Numbered from the whole stretch's first letter, positions 21,530 to 34,460 are shown. The stretch: 63,990 nt of DNA, filler included, from Dirinaria sp. TL-2023a (GCA_051941275.1; 4 parts of 4 records of this genome joined end to end with filler, not necessarily neighbours in it), one strand, 5' to 3'. The notes: a model not told the origin generated them from the letters alone. Numbers and translations are program-made.

Positions 21530-23152
21530 TTACTCCTTTCCTTTCGACTTCTCGCTAGAATCGAAGGTTTCACCGGGGAGGCCACCGAAGAGCTGCAATG
21601 ACAGTTAGCAATATAGGGCAGAAGTGTTAGCAAAAGCTGGCTTACGGTTTCCATCATAATTCCGGTAATTTGGTAAGGATCCGCATTGCTTGCAGGTCTC
21701 CGGTCCTCAAAGTATCCCTTCCCAGCAGCAGCGCATTGTCGAGGTACGCGGACACTCGCTCCACGGTTGGCGACGCCCCAGCTGAAGGAGTCGATGTTGG
21801 CTGTCTCGTGCTCGCCAGTCATGCGGTCACGGTTGCCCTCACCGTAAACCTCTATGTGTTCGACATTACGCTTCTCGAGCTTCTCCATAGCGGCTTCGAT
21901 ATGCTTCATGCCGCCCTCTTCTCGCATTTCGGCAGTTGAGACGTTGGTATGCAAGCCGGTGCCGTTCCAGTCACCCTTGATTGGCTTGGGCTGGAAGGTG
22001 ATGACAATGCCAAATTCTTCCGCAACGCGGTGGAGCAGGAAGCGGGCCATCCAAAGGTGGTCTCCAACTACACATCGAAGTTAGCAAATTGCTCAAGAAG
22101 AGAATCAAGCGGCCAACGTACGCTCAATCCCTTCGCACGGGCCGACCTGGAACTCCCATTGCGCAGGCATCACCTCCGCGTTGACCCCAGATATATTGAT
22201 CCCAGCATACAAGCAAGCCTTGTAATGTGCTTCAACAACATCGCGACAGAAAACGCGGTTGGTGCCGACGCCGCAGTAGTAGGGGCCCTGAGGAGCAGGA
22301 AACCCGTTCTTCGGCCAGCCGTATGGCCAATTGTCAGGGCCGAAGAGAGTGTATTCTTGCTCAAGTCCGAACCAAGGCTGACGCTTGGCATTGGCCTCCA
22401 TCAGCCTCGCGGCCTCGTGGCGGTAATTGAATTTGTTTGGGCTGCCATCCCAGTCCCATGTTTCGCAGAGGACAAGGATGTTGTCGCCACCGCGAAAGGG
22501 ATCGGGAAACAGAGCACATGGGCGGAGATAGACATCGGAGTTATCACCCGCTGCTTGACCGCATGATGAGCCATCAAAATTCCATTCCGAAAGCTCGTCG
22601 ACGCTCTTGACAGCTTTGGGCAGAGTCTGTGGGATGGAAAAATTATTATTAGTACGCGCATTAGGAATTGCAGAGTTTTTGTTGCGGCTCTGACGGGCAT
22701 TTCCGTTTGCGATCCCAGGCGTTCGAAGCCGCCAATGCACAGCCGAGCATAAGGGGGTGGGGAATGTGGCTGGCTTATCGGGCATGCAGCACGATAAGCG
22801 CCTCTCACTCTCCCATCACCAAGCCAGCCAGAAAGCGCGGCGCCGGGATACAGCTTGGACAAAGTGGAAATGCCCATGATCGCGAGCCAAATGGGTTTGT
22901 GAACGTACCTTGGTCTTTGAGCGTAGGCCGTTGGTGCCGTCTATCCAGACGTACTCGGCCAAAACTGAGCCCTTTTGGTCGAGCTTCATATATTTCATGA
23001 GCTGCCCATCATCAGTGGTGAGTTTCTTTGATTCGGAATAGTCAGTTCCAAACTCACATTTGAGGTGTTTGAGACGGTAGTTGATTCGGCCTGTGGCATT
23101 CTGTCAGCTTTGAAAGCTGCCTTACAAAGGGCGGTGGAGCTATGCGAACCAT
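21530..23152 (-). CDS. GLN1: Glutamine synthetase (type II), 6 exons: 23150-23152, 23058-23090, 22909-23001, 22122-22626, 21646-22067, 21530-21592
   Basis: Motifs [63 protein letters not shown] and [14 protein letters not shown]. All introns are GT-AG and in frame. Confidence 0.97.
22686..22888 (-). other. Extensively self-complementary region inside glutamine synthetase intron 3 (candidate structured cis-regulatory RNA)
   Basis: Inverted-repeat pairs (+ coordinates): 22686-90/22884-88, 22695-704/22866-75, 22712-21/22841-49, 22767-76/22821-30, 22773-80/22792-99 and 22709-14/22878-83. Confidence 0.65.
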
Positions 23153-23561
23153 GTTTGCGGTATTCGTGAGCTGTTCGGGGGTTGAAGATGAGGAGAAGAT
23201 TTAGGTGAGCTTAGAGAACTCTAGCAGATGATTGAATAGCTAGGACAGGGCAGTACGTGGAGACGGAAATTTGTGATCGTGCGGAAAAAGAAAATGTGTT
23301 GAGGGAGTTTGGGTGGTTTTATAAGTGCAGCTTTGTCGAGTAAAAGGGAGCGCGCCAAGACTCATGGTTGCTGCGGGTGAGCTACGGAGGACAGCTATCG
23401 CCAATGCAGGGGTGGATAAAAATACACCCTCGTACTTTCTAGAAATTGTGCGCTGGTTCGTTGGCCACAAGTAGTGCACAAGGCCCGAGCATTTGGACGC
23501 CTTCCTGCATGTCCCCGTCTGACTACACCGGGCAGAATTATTATTCACTCTGCACAAAATG

Positions 23562-23609
23562 TTGGGTTTGGGTTTGGGTTTGGGTAATAATGTATTGGGT
23601 AATAATGTA
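23562..23609 (+). repeat. (TTTGGG)n tract (four G3 runs) followed by a duplicated TTGGGTAATAATGTA, upstream of glutamine synthetase
   Basis: Read directly: TTGGGTTTGGGTTTGGGTTTGGGTAATAATGTATTGGGTAATAATGTA. Confidence 0.85.
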
Positions 23610-26238
23610 CTTTATTCACCACCATGACACCCAAGACGGCCAATCATGACTCTATTCTCCTGCCTCTCCCCACATCTCGTCCATAAAGAGCCATGGAGAC
23701 AATCCAATCCCCAGCTTTCTCCACACTACGACCACGCATTTCCCATGGAGATTCACAGCCATCTCCTGTACCGCGTTTCCCGGTCTCAATCACACACACT
23801 AAATTAAACCTACCTAGTACCCATTGTTATCATCCGCGTCCCTCTCTACGAAACCCTCAATGGACGCTGCTCCCAATACCATGACGCGCGGTGCTTTGGA
23901 CTCGGCTAGATTGCCACTTCCTACAATACTACTAACAATGCTGGAGTGATGAACCGATAACGAACCTTGTTTGAATCTGGACGACGTCAGATCTAGCACT
24001 GAGTATTGCTCCCGGCGAGCGATTCCGCCCACTTATCTCTCCATCCATGACATACTTCTACACCCCTCCTTTGGTCCGTCCGTTGCATGAAGATGCAGCC
24101 CACACCTGCTTCGGGATACCGTATGTCTCCATCTCGCATTGCGTGGAGATCTAGAAACAAGAGCTGTCCGTCCCCACGCGACACTTCGCCAATTCCGAAA
24201 CCGATATTGCAGATCTTGAGTAATTCCCTTTCATAGCTTAATTCTTTATCGCAGCACTGTGATTGGTGTCGAGTGTGCTGGTCAACGTCGGGCAGTCGGC
24301 AGTTGGTCATCGGATTACGCCGATGCCTAGGTACGGTAAGGCAAGGTAGCTTAGGAACGATCAAAATACCTCAGGATTAGGTCCCTACCATCCCTATCTG
24401 CATGTATATGAAAATTTCCCTTCTTACCAGACATAGGTAATGTACTCTGAATGCCTTACCTTAGTGAGTGGGTACACCGTATTTATATCCATTCAGACAA
24501 AACAGAAGCTGCCATATTGGGTTTTCAAAGGCCCTGGCATCGACCCAGGATGCTGCATAAAATCTACACATCGCTCATTCAGATACCGTCTCGTGTATTG
24601 TCTAATTGTGATTGGATTTGAAGCATCATGGGCGCAATTGGATCATCATACTGCTACTTGGTGTTGTGACTTCAGATCTATGTTCAAGGCTCTGAACTTT
24701 ATAAGCCGGTTTCTGCTCTTTTCCAAATGCCGCGAGAGATCCACTCCCCCTACCATCTTTCTTTCGCAAAAATGGCATCAAAGTGTCACAGGTGGTCATG
24801 GAAAATCGTAGCTATATTCGGCGTTCTCCCGGTCCTTTTCCATTAAGTCTTTGCAGAAAGGCAATTTTTTGATGAGCGTCCTCTCTAGCTGTCCCATGCT
24901 TCTCTACACTCTGTTCCTGCGTACTTGTACCTTTTCAAAGGTTGTGCTATGTCAACTTGTCTGAGAGAAACGTTTTTGACGGGGCGTGGGATTTTGGGAG
25001 GAAGGGCCATTACTAAACGTGCATTACCCCCATAATGCCGGAAGTAATAGCGTTATGAAGCCAATGAAATTCTCCCTGAACCCGACGGTCTCTGTAAGTA
25101 TAACTATGGCATTTCTCTTCACTTCTAAAAGAAAGGCAGACCAGAAGACAAATTCAGTTCTGTACTGATCAGTATTCCAGTCAAGGGGCTAAGCGCGATG
25201 CCTGTCCAAGGTTTTCGAAATCCAGGCGCAAGATTTCACAGCAATTCCAAGTGTGTGGAACTTGTACTCTTACATCCAAGTTGAATCAATTCGCAAAGAC
25301 TACCTTACCTTATCGTGCAATGGGCTCCTCAGATTCTTCCACTTTTATCTTCTCCCACTTGCGTCTTGTGCTACCAGAAAATCCCAGAGAGAAATCACGT
25401 GACTGTCACGTGTGGACATGTTTGCAAGATATGGAGCAGCGACAAGATCGTAGGTATTCCACCATCTTATAATCAAAATGCTGACAGCTCATTGGCAGAT
25501 GCTCGTTTGTTTTGCAAAGCACAGTTGACGTGGTTTTTGCTGCGTTGTTGGTAGTGATCGACAATGAATGAAAGCCCAACCGTGCCTAGGGAATCGGTCC
25601 TCATCAGAATCACGTTCTGCTGCCCATTGTCTGAAAAACACAACTTGGATTGAAGCTGCTGAATTCACATAGATTGCTATTCATCACTTTTCGCCTTTGC
25701 TAGTCTTTGCTAGACAGCCTTTTCTGGCACATTGAGCTTCATGCGAAGCTTGCCGCACTTCAATGAAAGCAAAGCGTTGTTTTTGAATAATGCGCGGAGA
25801 TTAAGCATGGGTAGCAATGCTGAGTTATGCAGACTCAAATAACAATCAAGGTATGCAGTTGCATCTCTCTCAGAGCCAATTGTGGGGCGATTGTCGTCCC
25901 AGCAAACCAGCGGCTAATATCTAAAATTCCAGATATCCCTTTGTACTGTGTTCTGCAGAGTGACAAAGGTACCAGAAAGCAAAGTTTTCCTTTGGCAGCA
26001 CGGCCCAAAGCCAGCAACAGAATACGGACAGTTTGTACCGATTCGCATGCCAGCACATGTGTGACAGATGGAAGAAACTCCAACATGGGATACTTTACGA
26101 AGAGTGCCGCAGATAATCAAGATGGTTTTCAATACTGTACATATTTCATTAGACTGGCCTCAGTACATACGAATTGGCCGCGGTATCCGTGGACACCCGG
26201 ACAAACTACTTCAGCTCGGGGCAAGGGCAAAGCGCACA

Positions 26239-26427
26239 ATGTGCTATTTGGAAGAGACCTACCACACTCTATGCGGCCACTGGGGATCCCGACAGAACAA
26301 AAGGCCCTGTCCAGTTGCTCTTCACCATCCAAATATGACGAATGGTTGCTGGAATAGCCAGGTAGACGGCGTCAACAGCGTCGCAACAAAATGTCGCACT
26401 TGTACTCTTGGTGCTCAAAGGAGGTGA
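26239..26427 (+). CDS. Possible small Cys-rich protein (62 aa)
   Basis: MCY...CGHW...PC...GC...KCRTC fits the fungal MC-x-CGH...CxxC small-protein pattern; the start context is ACAATG. Confidence 0.45.
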   Translation: MCYLEETYHTLCGHWGSRQNKRPCPVALHHPNMTNGCWNSQVDGVNSVATKCRTCTLGAQRR

Positions 26428-28467
26428 GGGACCATCCCGGATTCACTGGCTCAAGTCAGGCCACGATGATGCTGATCGTGAGATAAGTCGAAGGGGCTTA
26501 AGCCCTCGGTACCCTGCCTACGTGCTACCGAGACCGCCAGATAGTGGATGGGAAAGACGAAGGTAGCTGAAATCTGTTTTCGAAAGTCGGCTTGAGAAAA
26601 GAGATGTTGACTACCTACATTAGGCCTCTTCACTATTTCACAAACCCTCCCTGGACCAGCGTACTAGGTTGGAATTGGGCCGGCTAGACGAAGCGAGCCC
26701 ACGGAGACTGCCAGCCCTTGCAAAGTAGGTTGTTCGGGGTCGAACGCATCCAGCTGCGGCAACACGGAGAACAAATGTGATGTCAGGGATGCGTATGCGT
26801 ATGCGTCGCAAAACGGCTGTTGAGTCGCTAGCAACGGCAAATAAAGTCATGAAGAGCTGGTGATGAAATAACCATTTTCTGGATTCGAGATGTCTTCTCT
26901 AGCGTACACCTGTCGCGGCGACAGTGCCTCGTAAACGTCAGCAACTGAGTGAGGGCACACAGCTGTTTTGAAAGCAACAGATTGGCGGCATGATCATGGA
27001 CAGTCTTTTGTGATCCCGAGAAAAAGCATCAGCATCGGTTGCCAAAAACCTGGGTGGAAAACTTTTCCTTTCGGTCGCCATTAAGGAGCATGGTGCTACT
27101 GCAGATCTGTGGCTGAGGTTTGTACATTGAGCAAGAAGCTGTTCCACAAACTTTGCAAGCTGGCTTTAGGTACTCAGAAATGGTCCAAGAAGTTGATGAA
27201 CTGGTTCACGTTGCAGAATTGGAGAACTTTATGCAGCTGACCTCGGAGCTGAAGGTCAGGGATGAACTCGCACCTCCGATGCAACATTTTGCAGTCCGGT
27301 ATGACTCTGCGCAGAAACTTTTCGCAGGTGAGAAAGGGTCTTTCGGTTTCAGAGCTGCATTAGTGCGCTTTGGTCTCCTGATGGCTATCTGAATCATGTA
27401 CTTTAATCTGATGCAGCTGGGGAAATTCCGTGCTATTGAGATCATTGGTAAATTGGCCACGTGGTAAGCCATCATCACCTCCACAAACTTGAAAAAAAAA
27501 AAAAATGATAAAAGAGGTTCTCATTGTTCAGATGGCACAGATCCATCCCTGTCGCGGGGGTTAGGGGCTCTTTTTAGGTCGTGGCTTACAACGTACCTAC
27601 AGTATTCAGGTACCTTTGGGGACTGATGCCCTGTTGAGTCTTACTTCAATCAGCAATCTGCAACGATTGCCGACCGTGCCGCACCTCTGCCTATCTAGTA
27701 CCTGACCTTAACCTGAAGCTGCAACATCAATAATAATAATGTCGGGTCTGCTCAGAGATTATTGATCGCATGTCATGTGCCAGACTCCGCCTTACCCTCG
27801 CAGCACCTTACCCCGGACCATCCTCATCAGGATGTAATAATGATGCTGCAATTGTCTGCAGTGATGGTGGAAGGGCCGCCGCTTTGTTCCTTTTGTTCGT
27901 GAATAAGGAGTGAAACTGTTTTGAAATTGGGACTAAAACCAATTGTTCCGAAGGTACAGCGTCCACTTTCCGCCGTCCACCAATCAGCGCCCGTTCCAGC
28001 CGATCCACGAGGCTACTATTATCTGCCAGATCTGCCCTCGTGTGAAGCGGACTCTCACTGTCGCAACTCGCAAGCAGCCATTCATTCATTCTTATGACCA
28101 CTACCCAGTAGTGATTGATCATTATTATTAATATTGCAGGTTTTTATCGTCTCTAACCTCACTTCCATGTCAGACTTCGATTTGCAACCAGAAGAGCCGA
28201 AAGAACGCTCCTGTTCAAAATCGCCTTTTGGCTCCGAGGTATGCCCCGCAACCTGCCTGGTCAAGAGCTTGCTCCTCTTGCAGTCCTCATCTAATCTGAT
28301 ACATCAATAGGATTTTTTTTACGATCCACTCCTCCAATTTCCCCTCCCTCTCTGAAAGCTCACTTGAGCAGCGTCTCCTTCTCCCGCACCATTTCCCCAG
28401 GTTTTGGTATTGAAGAGGTATCTCAAACCATGTGACCTGTTTGGAGCGTCGGTGAAAATATCGTGCA

Positions 28468-31400
28468 ATGAGCGTCGTTCACCAGCCCGAGATGCAATCA
28501 CCGTCAAAATCGAAAGGCTCCGAACCTTCCACTGAGCCCTTACAGCACCCAGGCATCTCAAAGGATCGCACTGGGTCTATATCAGGCTCGTTCTCGCTAG
28601 CGTCACCTCCACATGTTGACCCAGATCCGGCTTATATCGCAGCCGCTGCAGCCTGCCATATAGTAACCGAGGACCACCAGAATCAGACGGAAGATTGGTT
28701 CGAGGACAAGGGTGGCCAGTTCGAGCGAGAAACTGCTGTTGTTTCATCTACCTCGCTCGCCCTCATAAATACCTTCCTGGATCAGCTGCTCTTCAACTTC
28801 CTCGCCAGCGCACGATCAACATCCATAGCTTCGCTGAGGCCGGCAGTTTCCGAGGTTTTGAAACCGCGGCTCGCCAAAGATGCAATCAATGGTGCTGATG
28901 AGGAGCTCCATGAATTCTTAGGAGGTGGGGATGAGGAAGAACTTTCTGCTTTCCACGGCGGGCTGGAACACCGAGGGCCTTGGGATTTGAATCTCGTGTG
29001 GCGGAGAACCCGCTTACGGTGCATGGTGTACACTCGTTTGGGCGACATGGAAGAAGAGGACGAAGAAACCTTCATTGAGCGCGAGCAACTCGAGGAGGCT
29101 AGTCAAGGCTATCGTCGCCTGTCTCGAGATGTGGGTATCGTCTCCCCAGCTGCCGCAATATTCTTAACCTCAATCCTCGAATTCATTGGCGAGCAAGCTT
29201 TGATGGTTGCTGGAGAAGCAGCCTACACGCGCGTAGAAGCTCGGCGACTCAAAACTCCAGAAAGCGACATCCCACGCACAAGCAAACAGAGGGTGGTAGT
29301 AGAGGACATTGACATGGAGAAGATTGCATTTAACACCACTCTCGGCAGACTTTGGAGGTCATGGAAGAAAAGGGTCAGGTATCCAAGTATGCTGGGTGTT
29401 CGGACGATATCGCGAGACTTTGCTCGAGGCAAAGGTGTTCATAGCTCCACAAGCAACTCAACGGACAGAAGCGCCATTGATGGCAAATCGGCCAATCCGG
29501 AGCCAGGAGATGCCACACGACCTTCCGTTCCTGAAGTCGCCGAAAAACATTTGCAATCTGACTCGCCGCCTTCCGGATCAAAATTCAATCGTAGAGAAGC
29601 TTTACCCCCAGATCCGCATCCTGATGATAGCCATCAAGAGCTCAAAGCGCTGTCAAATCCTAGCGGACGTCGACCAAGCAGTATGATTCTCTACCCACAG
29701 CGTTCTGTAAGTTCGCTAGGCGAGCCATCTGAAAGCGTCCTGCAGCGACGAAGATCTTCGTCATTGCCCACCCTCCGGCCAGTGTCCTACGACTCTCTAT
29801 CAAGCGAAACCTTGAGTACTCCTGAAGACGTGCTTGATTCGCGCAAAAACAGCTTTAGTTCCGCGCATAAAACAGGAGAGCCGCAAGAAGCTGGTCCTTC
29901 ACAAGGGCAAACCCGCTCCACCACTGTTGCCACGTTATATGACGGCACGATTGATGCTACTAGCAACACGTACCCAAGCGATAGCGAGCTGTCAAAGGGA
30001 GAAAGCCAAGGAATGAGTAAAGAAGAATTCGATCGACAAATGCTTCAACTAGTAGAGGAAATGAGACCACAAGGCACTTCTTGCCTGCTGAATACTGAAC
30101 GTCGCGTTCGAAGCAACGGTTCTTCAGACGACATATCTGACACCAGGTCTGCAGAAACGGGTGCTAAGGCCGAGCCTTCCGCCGGTGATACTCGTGATAT
30201 ACGTTCTGAGCTACCAGCAAGTTCCGGTATTGGCCAAAGCACACTAACATACTGGCGTGGTGCAGCAGATGCATCTTCAACTGCGCCGTTGCAGAAGCCA
30301 TTGAAAGAGGATGGAAGCGCTTTTGATCAGTCCCGGTCGAAGTCCACGGGAGGACAGCAGCCACGCCCGGTCAGTGAAGACGATAATGATGACGAAGGAA
30401 AGTGGGAGAGTCAGATGCCGTACTTTTACCCCGGTCCTTCCACATCGAATAGCAATCAGAATGAGGCGGTTTTGCAAGGACCGATCAAAGAGCTGCAGTA
30501 TGACAGTCCTCTCACCACTCCGATCAAAGATGCTGTAGGTGCACCTGAGATTGACAATGGCGCTCCGCCTCTTACGCCGCTACGGGAATTAATGGAGGCT
30601 GCTCATGACACCTCAGATGAAGCTTCATCTGTTGCGCTTAGCCGGGATGCCTCCAGGTCGAACTACGCCTCGTCGGATCGATTTGAGAACTCGGACATAC
30701 CACGGTCTAGCACCCTCTCATCTCAGGCTTTGTCACAGGCGAGGCCAAGATCAAAATTATCGGATCTTCGATCCCAACTTCCAGCTGTGAACACTGGCAC
30801 AGATCACGCTGCCGTGCAACGAGTGAACCCATCGCCAATCAGCGCACGCGACCCGCTTACCCCTGTCGGACGTACTTCGACCAGCAGTAATCGGGGTCTG
30901 AGACCTGTTCATACCTCAGGGTCGGGTGCCTCCCAGATTTCTCAGAAGCTCAGAGGGATTGTCGGGCGGGACTCGAACGATTCGAGACGTACAGGAACCT
31001 CGACACATTCCTCGGAGGGAAGTGATAGTTTTGTCAGCGATAAACTGTCCCAAAAAACCCCTCGAGCAGATGACGCGCAGAAGAGTTTCGACAGATTGAT
31101 CAAGAGTGATGAGACAATACAGTATACCTTGACACCGCAGAACATGCGTGAGATGGAGGTAACTACATTCCTGACCACGCTAGCACAATGTTAGACCACG
31201 CACTAATTTTCTTAGTCACCTGACGCGCCAAGATATAACCATACGCCAACCGAGACTGCTGAATCGGCAGAACCACCGTCCAGTCGTCCAAACCCACCTC
31301 TGAAGGCATTGAACGGCCTGAGGGCTAACCCTACGGCCACTGCTAACGGTTCTGGACAAACGCGTACCAGAGCAGCCCCTCCAGAAGCAGGGTCCACACA

Positions 31401-32898
31401 ATCTAAAGTAGCATCAAGGCCTTCAACATCTCATTCACATTCTGGCGTTCCTCGAGACGCTCGGACGAAAGACGATAGTTTCAGGGAGTTCGCAGACTTC
31501 CTGCGATCCACTGGACCAGCTCCAGAGACCATGTCTCCGCAAAAGTTGGGGCCTCCCATTGCTGAGCCTCGGCCTATCAAAGCACTGCCAGCCACTTCAC
31601 CAAGGCCAGAATCGAGACAAGGATTGTCGAAAAAGATCACGAAGCAGCATCCCAACACGGTCAACCAGCCAAACGCTACCCAGCAACCTGCCAACCCCCC
31701 AGTTACCACCCAGCAACCTCGCAATAACCGACGGACCGACCCAACGCAAACGAAGAAACCGATTCCGAAGCTTCAAGCTCGAGACGCAACGACTTCGAGG
31801 GATTCAACCTTGGAGCTAGCCGAGTTTCTACGACAGGGTCCTGCTGAATCTGATGAAGGGAGTTTGCGCCTGCCGCGCACTGGAGAGCCGCCGCGAACTG
31901 CAGCAGAAACCAATCATATACGCAGGACTAGCAATGGAAAGCCGAAAGACGAAGATAATTCTCGTATATCTGTGGCCAGCACACAAGTCAGCTCGGTGCC
32001 ATCCAAGTCAGTCCAGTCCGTGAACTCCCGCACCGGCCTGCTTGAGTCCCCAAAAACAACAACCGATGGGAGAGGACCGACAGAGAAGCGACCTTCGCGT
32101 GAGGACGACATTCCCTTTCCTGTTCGAAAGCAACGCCGTGTCAAGGATCCGTATGCAATTGACACTGATAGCGAGAATGATGATGACCCCCCATCGCCGC
32201 CACAGCGCCAAGAAGAGACCCTCATTGAATTTCTCAAGAGCGTGGCACCCCCTCAGTCACTTGCAAACCAATCCGCATCGGCTGCTAGTGCTCAAGCGAC
32301 CAAAAACTCTCGTCCACAGAAGAGCCAGTACCCAAGCATGCGCGAGCGCTTGGCCCGCAACGGCGTCTCTACCAAATCGGCAAACACGCGTTCCTCACCA
32401 GAACAGCCGCAAATGGGCGTCCCGTCCATCGTGAAGGGTAAGAACGAAAGACGACAAGTTACGAGCAGCAATAAAGCGCAAGGCAAAACCCCAATGCCGC
32501 GATCCGAAGCATCCAATCCTCCCAACCGCGGACGATCCGAGACCTCTCGCACCGACCCAGACAGCCGCATCAAAAGCAAAGCTCCGCAACTTCCCCCACT
32601 CAACGCGCGAGAGACCTCGCCGCACCTGATCAGCCAGGTCGGCTCGAAATTCGATACTTACCGCGTCACGCACCCGACCTACGCCGCGCACGTGGATCGG
32701 GAACGCAACGCCGCCCGCCGCAACCAAGCGCGCTCCGAAAGCGACCCGGTCGGTGGAGTGAGCGATCTGGCCGACTTCTTGAGGAACTCGGAGCCACCGC
32801 CCGAGATCCCGAAGCGGCCGGCCAGCCCAGCCAAGGACAAGGACAAGGACGGAGGGTTTGGCAGGATGTTTGGACGGAGGAAGAAGAGTATCCACTAA
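28468..32898 (+). CDS. Large conserved fungal hypothetical protein (~1450 aa) with a helical N-terminal domain and long disordered tail with repeated (E/D)(L/F)A(D/E)FL(R/K) motifs (intron 31159-31215)
   Basis: The 908-aa and 529-aa ORFs join in frame via GTAACT...CTAAT...TAG. Conserved blocks include PDPAYIA, FLDQLLFNFL, RTRLRCMVYTRLGDMEEEDE and ETIQYTLTPQNMRE. Confidence 0.88.
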
Positions 32899-33307
32899 TG
32901 CAATTTAGCCAGCCGCCAATCCGTTCTTGCTTACGATTTGCTTCTTGGAGCTATGCAACTGCCACTTGGGGGGTTTTTTGTTTTTGCTGATGGATAGAAG
33001 TTGGAGCGAGTTACTGCTATTGCTGTCTATGGATGGGTTTGGAGCATGTTTGACCCGGAGATGTTTATCCCGGATGGACACTTTTTTCTCTCTTTATGAT
33101 GAGGTTTGGATGGATCGGTCATGCAAGCAAAAGCGGGTTGTTGAATCTGATTTTTCCTTAAAAAAAATACCCCCCCAAAAAGAAAAAAAAGATAAAAAAA
33201 GTTGGCTGGTTCATTGAGCGAAAGCAGCGGCTTTGGAGAGACTTTTTTTTTTTTCGAGCAAGAATAGATACCTACCTACCTTAGGTACCTTTTACTTATG
33301 ATGCAGT

Positions 33308-33407
33308 NNNNNNNNNNNNNNNNNNNNNNNNNNNNNNNNNNNNNNNNNNNNTTAATTAATTAANNNNNNNNNNNNNNNNNNNNNNNNNNNNNNNNNNNNN
33401 NNNNNNN
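33308..33407. other. Artificial contig-joining spacer (44N-TTAATTAATTAA-44N)
   Basis: Same 100-bp linker as at 16612. Confidence 0.98.
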
Positions 33408-33473
33408 GAGCTCATGCAGGAGCGTTGTGAGAATTCTATCTCGTCTTTCCGATCACTGGTCATTACTCCAGTG

Positions 33474-34460
33474 CTAGCGATCGATTTCAATACAATGTTG
33501 TCTATGAAATTTCGAGCACGCTTCAGCTTTACATGCTATCTTTCCATGTCGGCGAATAACTGCAGATATTTCGGTGGCGCAAAGTGGCGGAAACGCTGCG
33601 ACCACGCCAACCGGACTCTGAAAATGCATTGTGATTTCTCTGAGCAACCGTACTCGGGTTGTACAATTCAACGCGACAGTATCCATGTGCCAGGTGTTTT
33701 GGAAATAAAAATTGTTCCTCTGGCAAAACACCAGTAACGCCTCGTCATGCACTTGTCTGCTTACGCAAAGTACGTCAAGCATTGACCGAGGCGCTACAAT
33801 TTCAGTTTGCACCCTTGAGAATAGATCCGTACATGTGAGTAGCGTACGGTTGTGAGCGCTTTGGATGAGACTATGGCGATTTTCCTGACACATCCTCCGA
33901 TGACGTACAAAGAATGCTATGCTTTGCACATGTGTTAAACTTAGTCGTCCTGGAACGACCAAATGTCTATCTCAGAGGCGAATCATCGTTCAATCCAGAC
34001 TGCGATGCTGGCTCTGGATCCTCTGGCTTCTTTTCAGCTGTCTCTGATCGCTTATGAATAAACTCAGGTTGCCGACGAAGCTTTTGACGGAACTTTGAGT
34101 GAAGAGCACGGATGCGGTATTTGACTGGAGAGGTCTTAGAGTTGTTCCACAAAGCAAACCGAAGACAGCCAAGGAAAGATAACTTACCAAGCAGATAGCA
34201 TTGCCACGTAGTGGGGGGTGAGAGAAGCTGTTGTTGAGGATATAAAGTATACATAGGTAAGCGTCGGTAGCTTTGATTGGCTTGGGGCGCCAGCAGAAGC
34301 ACCCAAGATCATAACAAGTCCCAAGCAGATTGCGAGTCCACATGCTGAAGCAGACTCCATTCCAGTTTCTCTTTTTCCGCTCGAACGTTTCCAGCGACAG
34401 AATCACAATGCCATAATCTGGTGGCGGCATGGCTTGTTCTTTTTCTTCTTTCGGATGCAT
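33474..34460 (-). pseudogene. Fragmented fungal hypothetical gene (F-box-like associated LL..SRQ...EA...FY..N.F family), probably decayed
   Basis: The motif DVLCVSRQVHDEALLVFCQRNNFYF lies in ORF 33474..33962. Upstream ORF pieces could not be joined cleanly. Confidence 0.4.

Noticed and set aside
22105..22785. ORF suggesting an extended N-terminus (MPDKPATF...) for glutamine synthetase
   Set aside because: The first ~53 codons lie inside intron 3; the conserved N-terminus is supplied by upstream exons.
23562..23584. Telomeric repeat or chromosome end
   Set aside because: The unit is TTTGGG rather than TTAGGG, with only about 4 copies, internal to a contig.
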